From positions 72,708-104,707 of the forward strand of contig JAVYME010000001.1 of NCBI GenBank assembly GCA_038736825.1: 32,000 nt of DNA. Reading direction: 5' to 3'. The notes beneath the pieces are model-generated. The model did no database searches and was not told the origin of the DNA. It was given only the letters and a program-made list of their open reading frames with translations. Of the stretch, positions 18,472-26,400 are shown in pieces. This DNA comes from Candidatus Iainarchaeum sp. Lineage in GTDB: Archaea; Iainarchaeota; Iainarchaeia; Iainarchaeales; DTGL01. The first letter of the stretch is position 1, and every line of letters begins with the position of its first letter. A program made the position numbers and the translations under genes.

Positions 18472-19983
18472 TTGCGCAAAAAAGTTAAAAATTTCGCGCC
18501 TGCTTTGTCTGTGCAAGAAAGCATTTTTTTAGGTTTTGCAAAAGGAATTATTGCACGCATTGAAGAAAACCGCCAAGGCATTGCCTTTTGGATCGCACTT
18601 CTCTATTTTGTGTGCATTGTCAAGGCAATTTTTGGCTGGTTTGCAAGCCTGCTCACAACGTTTTCAAGGCCTGTTTTTTTCCTTGCCGGCTGGCCCTTGT
18701 TCTATTTCAACATATTTATTTCACTGGCACTAATTCTCTCTTTTTTCACTAAAGAAACAGTGGATAAAACCTCAAAAGCAGTTTTTGCCTTTTCTTTCAT
18801 TGTAATCATTATTCCGATTGTTGATTTCATTGCATATGGCCCTGAAGTGTGGCGCATCTTTCCAATGAGCATTGAAGAAATTGCTGCACAGTTTTTCTCT
18901 TTAGCTGGTCTTTTGCCTGGTTCTGTCCTGCACTTGGGGCAGGGCTTGACGTTTTGGTTAGCCCAAGCCCTGATTGCAGTGTATGTTTTCACCAAAAAAG
19001 GAAGTTGGCTGAAAGCATTGGGAGCAATGTTTTGCTTTTATGTAGCCTGTTTGGCATTATCCTCAGTCCCTTTCCTTGCATCCATCCTTTTTAGCCTTGG
19101 CAACACCTACAATTACACAGTAATAATGCACGGGCTCGCGCTATATGCGCTCTCAGCATTTTTGCTTGCTGTAATCTGGCTCTTTATCTATGACCGCGCA
19201 CTCCTAAAAAAAGTGGTTTTGGAATGCAAGCCTGAACGAGCCGCACATTATCTTGCCCTTGTGCTAATGGGCTGGCTTTATGCACTAACGCTTTTCTCAA
19301 TAGAAAAGCCCAATTTTTTGGGACTTTTTTTTGCGTCATTTTCAATTTTTTTGGCATTTGAAAGTGCTCTGGCGTGCAATAATCTATTTGACAAGGAATT
19401 GAAGGGTATCAAGGCAAGGCAATACCGCGGGATTTGCCTTTCGCTGTTCACCCTTGCCCTTGTTTTGGCATATTTTGTAGGAGAAACAATTTTTGCATTA
19501 GTGCTTTCAACAATGCTCCTTGGAATTGCCTACTCTGCAAAGCCAATTAGCCTAAAAAATCTCGGCTTTCTCAACAATGTGGTAATAGGCCTAATTTCAG
19601 CACTCGCATTCATTGTAGGCATTATCACACAAAACCCAAAAATTCCCTTTAATGCAACGCTTGCAGTTTTTGCAACATTCTCACTTGCAGCCAACATAAA
19701 GGACCTTAAAGACTTTGAATCCGATAAAAGGAAGGGCATTCAAACCCTGCCAGTGCTTTTGGGCAAAGAAAAAGGATTGAAAGTGATTGCTGTGCTTTCA
19801 TCAGTTTCCTTTATTATTCCAGCAGCTTTTTTAGACTATCCTAATTTATTGCTTGCGGGCATAATTTTTGGCACTCTAAACTTTCTGGCACTAATGAAAA
19901 CAAAAAAAGAAACTGCAACATTTGCACTATACTTCGCTTATGCCTTGCTATTTGCGCTTTCACTGCTTTATCGAATCCCTTGA
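18472..19983 (+). CDS. polytopic membrane protein with C-terminal UbiA-superfamily prenyltransferase-like domain (degenerate first Asp-rich motif)
   Basis: 503-aa ORF starting at TTG 18472, with GTG 18511 as an alternative. The C-terminal ~250 aa carry three blocks. NNLFDKELKGIKARQYRG (from 19378) stands in for NDxxDxxxD. AYSAKPISLKNLGFLNNVVIGL follows. DLKDFESDKRKGIQTLPVLLG (19702-19764) is intact. The N-terminal ~250 aa form an extra multi-TM region. Confidence 0.6.
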   Translation: MRKKVKNFAPALSVQESIFLGFAKGIIARIEENRQGIAFWIALLYFVCIVKAIFGWFASLLTTFSRPVFFLAGWPLFYFNIFISLALILSFFTKETVDKTSKAVFAFSFIVIIIPIVDFIAYGPEVWRIFPMSIEEIAAQFFSLAGLLPGSVLHLGQGLTFWLAQALIAVYVFTKKGSWLKALGAMFCFYVACLALSSVPFLASILFSLGNTYNYTVIMHGLALYALSAFLLAVIWLFIYDRALLKKVVLECKPERAAHYLALVLMGWLYALTLFSIEKPNFLGLFFASFSIFLAFESALACNNLFDKELKGIKARQYRGICLSLFTLALVLAYFVGETIFALVLSTMLLGIAYSAKPISLKNLGFLNNVVIGLISALAFIVGIITQNPKIPFNATLAVFATFSLAANIKDLKDFESDKRKGIQTLPVLLGKEKGLKVIAVLSSVSFIIPAAFLDYPNLLLAGIIFGTLNFLALMKTKKETATFALYFAYALLFALSLLYRIP

Positions 19984-19987
19984 AAAT

Positions 19988-20560
19988 TCAGGTTGCATTC
20001 GCATAAACCTTTAACAAATTGCCACCATCAGCGCAACCAGAAATGCATGCAACCTCAAAAACCAAAACGCCCTTTTCTTTTTTTTCTGCTTTTGCGCCAC
20101 TCTTTTCAACAATATCGCCAAAATAGGGCAATATAACCAAATCCAAAACCGTTGTCTTAGCCGGTGCAACAACAAACTGCACTGCAGAATAATTGGTTCC
20201 ATCAATTGCTGGAGAGGTAATCGCAAATGAAAAGGTTTTGCTCGACTTGTTGGATAAAACCAATCCCGTGGATTCCCCAATTGCAATCTCTGTCAAAGAA
20301 AAACCTTGTTCTGAAAGTGGCACCTCAATCATTGACACTTTGTCAAAAGAGAGAACCAATGGTTGTGATGGTTTGTAGTCAGGGTTTTCCTTCAAAAACT
20401 GGGAAACAAAATATGGTTTCAAAACAATATGAGGATTAGGATCTGGAGGCGGTTCGGCGGAAGGCCGTCCACCCCAATTAAAAACAAAAACAAATAAAGC
20501 CAGCAATATTGCAAAAACAACTATTCCCAAAACAGCCAGCTTCAAATACTTTTTATCCAT
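19988..20560 (-). CDS. N-terminally membrane-anchored hypothetical protein
   Basis: 190 aa. ATG 20560 is preceded by GGTGA. It has a TM anchor (LKLAVLGIVVFAILLALFVFVF), a Pro-rich linker (EPPPDPNP) and a beta-rich ectodomain. No family recognised. Confidence 0.6.
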   Translation of the reverse strand: MDKKYLKLAVLGIVVFAILLALFVFVFNWGGRPSAEPPPDPNPHIVLKPYFVSQFLKENPDYKPSQPLVLSFDKVSMIEVPLSEQGFSLTEIAIGESTGLVLSNKSSKTFSFAITSPAIDGTNYSAVQFVVAPAKTTVLDLVILPYFGDIVEKSGAKAEKKEKGVLVFEVACISGCADGGNLLKVYANAT

Positions 20561-20658
20561 TCTATCACCAATCCAAGCATAGTAAAATTAATATATGAGG
20601 TTATATATAATGCTTGTGCATTACATTGCATTGTTTTGACTCTTGTGAAGGTGAAAAA

Positions 20659-21864
20659 TTGGAAAAATCTGGAAAAAAAGGAACTATCGTGTTTTTACTA
20701 ATTACACTTTTAGTTGCACAAGTTTTTGCTGCAGATTGCCTGGATTGGATGGAATCACAATCTGGAAAAGAAGTGGGAGACAATATGAATGATGACGGCG
20801 TTTTAGGACCTGGGGAAACACTCGCAAATAATAAAACAAATAAGCCTGGAGAAATCGGAGTTAATAATGCAAGTACTGTTAAACAAATTGGCGAGAACTA
20901 CATTAATGGCTCAACTGTGCCTGTAACAATATCAAACGATAATGGCACAACAGTACAGACAGACCCAAACCTAAAATATGAACTCACTCCAATTTGGGGT
21001 TACAGCAAAGAGTACGGATTTTACGTTAGCGGTTGGAAAGTCAGTGCTGTGGAAGAGGAAACTGAAAAAGATCTGGATTTTGGTGAGGGTTGGACTCCAG
21101 TTAGTCCGACTCCAAAGCCTGTGACCCCTACTCCAACTCCAACGATAACTCTAACGCCAACACCTACGCTAACCCCTCTCCCAAACCAAGCACCAACCGC
21201 AGACTTTGAAATGTATCCAGAGCCAGCAAATGGCATGGTTCCTTTGACTGTAAAGTTTAAAGATAAAAGTTTTGACCCAGACGGTTCCATTGTTTCATGG
21301 AATTGGGAGTTCGGGGTAGGTACAATTGAAGGAACAAATTGTTGCACAAATAAGGAAACAAGCCATGTTTACACTTCAGCTGGCTATTATACTGTCCGGC
21401 TAACCGTAACAGACAACTTGGGGGCAACAGCATCTAATCAAAAATCTATAATTGCAATACAAAAAGCGGCAATAACAATTTTCAAATCAAACAATCCAGA
21501 AAACCCAAACCAGCCAGCACAAATTATTATTGCATGCGGCAAGCAGGCAGCCCTCCAATTGGAATTCCTTGACAAGGACAGCCAGCCACTTTCCGGAGTT
21601 CCAACTCAACTAATGGATGGAGCTCACGGCCTGCCATTTTGCAATATCACACCTACAATTCTCAACATAACTGGCTTTCCAAAACCAGGGCTTTATCAAA
21701 TAAAGGCAAACATTCTTGGAGAGGAGTGCACTAATTGTCCAAAAACGATCCACATAGTTGTCGGTCAAGAAATGCCAGAACTCCAAACTCCAGAAATCCC
21801 AGCAATACTAACCGCAGTAATCGCACTTGCAGTGATTGTCATCACAAACAGGAAAAAGAAATAA
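20659..21864 (+). CDS. secreted PKD-domain surface protein with Thr/Pro linker and C-terminal TM/basic anchor
   Basis: The ORF runs 20614-21864 from a TTG. TTG 20659, preceded by AGGTGA, gives the signal peptide KSGKKGTIVFLLITLLVAQVFA/AD. A Thr/Pro linker spans 21100-21189. The PKD domain spans 21190-21440 (LTVKFKDKSFDPDGSIVSWNWEFGVGT...SHVYTSAGYYTVRLTVTDNLGA). The C-terminus is IPAILTAVIALAVIVITNRKKK. Confidence 0.8.
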   Translation: MEKSGKKGTIVFLLITLLVAQVFAADCLDWMESQSGKEVGDNMNDDGVLGPGETLANNKTNKPGEIGVNNASTVKQIGENYINGSTVPVTISNDNGTTVQTDPNLKYELTPIWGYSKEYGFYVSGWKVSAVEEETEKDLDFGEGWTPVSPTPKPVTPTPTPTITLTPTPTLTPLPNQAPTADFEMYPEPANGMVPLTVKFKDKSFDPDGSIVSWNWEFGVGTIEGTNCCTNKETSHVYTSAGYYTVRLTVTDNLGATASNQKSIIAIQKAAITIFKSNNPENPNQPAQIIIACGKQAALQLEFLDKDSQPLSGVPTQLMDGAHGLPFCNITPTILNITGFPKPGLYQIKANILGEECTNCPKTIHIVVGQEMPELQTPEIPAILTAVIALAVIVITNRKKK

Positions 21865-21925
21865 AAAAAGCCAATATATTAGTTCAAAGAGAAAAAAAGC
21901 AGGGGGACAATTTTTGGTTTGCTCC

Positions 21926-23494
21926 CTATTTTTTTCCTTTTTTTTCTTGTGTTGATTTTTTTAACAATAGTTCTCTTTCTTGTTGTAGTTTGAGGAGTCT
22001 TTCCCTGTAAGCGCTTTCTGAAAGCCGTCTCTTGAAAAAATCCAGTTTTGCTTTTTTTTCAAGTTCTGAAATTTTTTCAAGGCGCCTTTCAATGGAGCGC
22101 TTTTCCAGTTGCTTGAGTTTTTTTCTCCAAAAAAATGCTGAAATTGAAAGAATTAAGGCTGTTATTCCGCCTCCAAAAACAATTATTTTGCCCCAATCTA
22201 TGGGTTCAATTATTTCTGTTGAAATCTTTGCTTTTCCTGAAAAAGGCGGTTTTAAAACAATTTCAATGGTGTGGGTTCCCTGTAAAGCAAATGGCAGGCT
22301 TGCAGAGCAAAAGCCTTTTTCAGTGCAGGAAAGAGTAATTGAGTGCTGTTTTTCGTCAATGTAAAGCAATGCTTCAACCTCATTGCTTGCAACTTGTTGT
22401 CCTTCCACTTGTACTTCTATTTTTGTAGCTCCGCCACGACTTTCAGTTCTGCCTTCCATTGGGAAAACGAACAAAACCTGGTTTTCAGTCGGGCTTGCCC
22501 CTTCTGGAGAAAGCATTTCAAGAGAAAAACTGTTTTTTTCAGTTTTTGTTCCAGAAGCGTTTTTGCCTGAAACAGTTATCTTCAATTCACTGTCTTTCTC
22601 GCTAACGGGGCGCGTGAATTCTGCACTCCAGGCTCCTCCTGCAAAAGACAATTTTTTTCTTTCCAGTATTTTTTCTTTTGACAAAAGCCAAGCCTCAAAA
22701 TCCCCGCTGTTGACAACAGTTTCTTTTTGGTGAAGAGAAAAGGAAATTTTTCCAACAGGCGAGCCAAAAAAATATTTCTGTTCTTCATTGAAGGGATTGC
22801 GGACTTGAATGGTTGCTGGCTTGAAGAAAAGCGGAATGAAAAAAGTTTTTTCCTTTGAGCCTGCAAGCGCTGCCTTCAATTCCAGTTTTTCAAATTCTTC
22901 AAAGGAAGCGTCTGGAACAAAAGAGCCTTCCAAAAAAAGGTTTTTGGAATCCCATTGCAAGGCAATGCTTTTGCCTTTTATTAAGGCACTAAAATGGGAA
23001 AAGGCTTCCTTTTCACTTGAACCCAAAAACCTTTGAATGTAGGAATTGTCTTTGTCCAAGAAAGCAATACGTATCTTTTTTTCAACTCCTGTTTCGATTG
23101 CAATATCCTGTCTTGCCTCTGAAGAGGGCGGCAAAAATGCTTTGAATTCAGTTCTCGTGATTCGCACTGGCACTGTTTTTTCCCCTAAAAGCATGCCGTT
23201 GTCCTTAAGCTTTATTTGTGCTTTTACTTGAAAGGTTTTCGGGGAAAAATCTATTGCTTCAAGGTAATATGCATGGCTTGCAAAAGGGCTTTCGGTTGAA
23301 ATTTCAGTGCCATCCCCAAAACTCCAAACAAAATCCAAAACGCTTTCAGGAAAATTTTCCAGCTTTAAATTGAAATCCACTGCTTGCGCTTCAAATGCCT
23401 CGCTAGTGCTCGCTGAAAGCCCGAAATCAAGCGAGCTATGGGCAAATGGCAAAAGCAAGAAAAGAAAGGCTGCCAAAAAAAGGCTTTTTGCCAT
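21926..23494 (-). CDS. secreted PKD-like/Ig-like repeat surface protein with C-terminal TM and basic coiled-coil tail
   Basis: The ORF runs 21926-23500 from a GTG. ATG 23494 is preceded by GGAGAGGTGA. It has the signal peptide MAKSLFLAAFLFLLLPFAHS and a PKD-like unit (FVWSFGDGT...SHAYY), followed by beta-rich modules. The TM helix is at about 22127-22195 and the 66-aa tail at 21929-22126. Confidence 0.8.
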   Translation of the reverse strand: MAKSLFLAAFLFLLLPFAHSSLDFGLSASTSEAFEAQAVDFNLKLENFPESVLDFVWSFGDGTEISTESPFASHAYYLEAIDFSPKTFQVKAQIKLKDNGMLLGEKTVPVRITRTEFKAFLPPSSEARQDIAIETGVEKKIRIAFLDKDNSYIQRFLGSSEKEAFSHFSALIKGKSIALQWDSKNLFLEGSFVPDASFEEFEKLELKAALAGSKEKTFFIPLFFKPATIQVRNPFNEEQKYFFGSPVGKISFSLHQKETVVNSGDFEAWLLSKEKILERKKLSFAGGAWSAEFTRPVSEKDSELKITVSGKNASGTKTEKNSFSLEMLSPEGASPTENQVLFVFPMEGRTESRGGATKIEVQVEGQQVASNEVEALLYIDEKQHSITLSCTEKGFCSASLPFALQGTHTIEIVLKPPFSGKAKISTEIIEPIDWGKIIVFGGGITALILSISAFFWRKKLKQLEKRSIERRLEKISELEKKAKLDFFKRRLSESAYRERLLKLQQERELLLKKSTQEKKGKK

Positions 23495-23496
23495 TT

Positions 23497-26400
23497 TCAC
23501 CTCTCCTTGTAAAGCCTTGCCAAAACCATTTCAATTACTTTTTCACTATAGCCCTCGTTTCTAAGCCCTCTTGCCACCTCTTCTCTTGAAAACTCTCCGA
23601 TTCTTCCGCAAAGTCTTGTTGTGAGCACTATGGCTTGAACTTTTTCAGGCGCTTTCTTGAAATCCTTTGAGGGAAAAACTGTTTTCCAAAAGCCTGTTTT
23701 AATCCAAAAACCGCTTTTTAATAGAGAATCAATGCATTTCAGTCCTTTGCTTAAAAGCCTTATTTGTTCGCCGAGCTCGCTTTCAGAAATATGCCTTTTG
23801 AAAAACTCAAACTTGTATTTTTTCTCCAGTCCAGTCAAGCGCTCTTTTTCCCTAAGCAAGAAAGCCCTTTCAGAAAAAACATTTCTTAAAAGCAATGCAA
23901 GGAAAACCAGGATTACAATGCAAGCAAAACCGAAAGCCAGCAAAGCAAGGCTTAAGCCTTGCTCAATGGTTGCAATAACTGTTCCTTCTCCAGAAAAATC
24001 TTCTTTTAAAACAAGCTTGAGTGAATGCGTTCCAGCCAGCAAGGGCGAACTCAAAACCCCCTTGTGCAATTTTTCTTTTTCGTCAAACTTGAGTGAAACA
24101 GGCTGCAGGTTGCCGTCAACCAGCAAATCGCTGTTCAATGCAATGTTGGCAAACAAGTGGTTGTTGGGCTGGAAAAACCTAACACTTATCTCGCTTATTT
24201 TGCCATTCCAGGGCTTGTTCAAGCCAGCGCTGGGTTGAACAAAAACCATTTGCAGGTTGTTTGAAAGTGAAATTGTTAAAAACTCTAAATCCATCAATTC
24301 TTTGCCGTCAAGAGTGGCGTGTGCTTCAAGCCGGCAGCTCACGCTTTTTTTGCCAGAATCCTGCAATGGCAAAAGGATTTTCGCAGAATATTGCTGGCTT
24401 TCTTTATCAAAATCCATTTCCTCCAAAAAATCCAGTTCAGGGCATTCCACAATGATTTTTTTGTTTTTAACCTTGTAATTGTCTGAAAGAATTTTTGCCT
24501 TCAAGTTAACTGTTTGCCCGAAAGCATACTCGCGCTCACTGTTCACTGGCTCCAATATTGAAATAACCAGTGCCGAGTTTTTTGCAAGCGGAACCGCTTG
24601 CACTTCATCAACCTTGTTGCCTGCAGCATCCCTGCCCTTCAATTTCAACTTTAAACCATGCAAAAAATCGGTTTCATTCACAGTATGGTCAAAATAAAGC
24701 GTGTAATCAAACTCGTTTTTTTCAATTCTCACTTCTTCCTCTTTTTTGCCTGAAACAAGCACTGCCCTTAACTCGCTTGGAAAAACCACGATTATGCCGT
24801 TCAACAAAAACATTACTTTGGCTTTTTCAAGGGAATCAAGCAAAAAATATTTTTTGCCCTTGAAGACATTGGTTGCCTTGAAAAAAGAAGGCTCAAAAAA
24901 CACTGGCGCTTTTGCATGGAACTCGCGCTTTTCCCCCTTAACCTCACTCAAAGCATGAATTTCCAAGAATTCAGTTTCAGAAAGCGAACTCCAAGGCTTA
25001 AAAATTCCCTCAAAAATTGTTCCAGAACAATGCATTTCAACCAGCGAGCCAGCAAGCAAAACCCTGAGCGAAATTCCTTGACAAGCAATCCTTTCATCGG
25101 CTTCATCCAAAAACTCCAAGCGCACATTCAAATCCCTTTGCTTTGAATTTGTCTGCACATGGGTTGGCTCCAAAACTCTTGCCTTAAACTTGGACTTTAA
25201 AACCTTAACCTTAACCTCTGCGCCTGCAGTCTGCCCTTTGGAATCACTAACGCGAACCTTCACCAAAAACTCTCGCTCTTTCTCCAAACCCAAAAAATAA
25301 GCGTGAAATGCCTCTCTCTGGCTTGCATTAGAGTCATCACCGAAATCCCAGAAAAATTCAAGCGACTCTTCATTCAAAGCATTAGTGATTGCAGTGAAAT
25401 AAAAATATTGTCCTTCAAATTGCTGCCTGCTTTCAGGGTCAACCAGTACTGTCAAAACCTGCAATGGCTCGTCCTTTAAAGAAGTTTTAAAGGACAAAAC
25501 AGGGCTTTCCCTTGAAAGGCTTTGCGTTGAAGAAACTGCCTTGAAAAAATAGTTTGTTTCCGGTTTCAATCCAAGCAAGTGGATTTTGTGGTGAATTGTT
25601 TTAGTGCCGTCAAAAACCCTTGAACCCAAAGCACTGGTTTCACCGAACTCCACTGCAGAATCGGATTGCACTAAAGTGTTCCAGTAAACCTTTGCATGAG
25701 TGGCAAAAGCAAAAACCTGAACATTTTTTGGATCAATATCCTGCAATCCTGCTTTCAAAATGCAGCGGTTTTCTTGACTGCAATAAAAGCCTTCCTCGCA
25801 CTTTGCAGTGCAATCAATTTTTTGCCCGCAATTATTGCTTTTAGAACCACACTCGCTCTCGGAACACGAAAGGGCTTTGCAGCATTTTCCATTAATGCAA
25901 TTCCAGCCAGCACTGCAAGAGCACTGAATTGTGCCACCGCAATCATTTGAAAAAGAACCGCATTGTCCTGCAAAATCCCTTGAACACGACTTGCAGGATT
26001 GCAAGCATTTCCCGTTCAAGCAACCCCCCGAACAAAACTCGCTTTCAATCCTCGAGCAATCCGCATTAGAGTAAACCCTTGTAGAACCAGAACAAAACCA
26101 TCCTTGAACACAAGGTTGAAGCAAACCACTAGAAGCAGCACTAGAACCCTGTGGTTTGCACTCAGGACACAAAGAACTGCCATCACCTGATTGTGATAAA
26201 TTTTGTCCTGGCATTTGATAAACAGCTGCAGGAGAGCCCTTAGCTTTTGATTGCAAATAATCATCATATGGGTCGCCCCCCTTAGACAAATCCTCATAAG
26301 AACCACCGGCAGGTGCCGCTCCATCATCTTGTCCTAGCTCATTTACTCCTCCTGTAGCTCCTGTTTGACTCAAGCCATCATCATTTTGGACAAAAGTTGG

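Noticed and set aside
21865-21925. Possible bidirectional terminator hairpin between the convergent PKD gene and the 524-aa gene.
   Set aside because: I could find only 4-5 bp of imperfect complementarity (AGGGG/CTCCCT). The T-runs are present but lie partly inside the coding sequence.
23657-24238. 193-aa plus-strand ORF, with several shorter ones through 26190, opposite the 1059-aa gene.
   Set aside because: It is antisense to a 1059-codon uninterrupted ORF that has coherent domain structure. The products are Ser/Leu/Lys-rich with no motifs.
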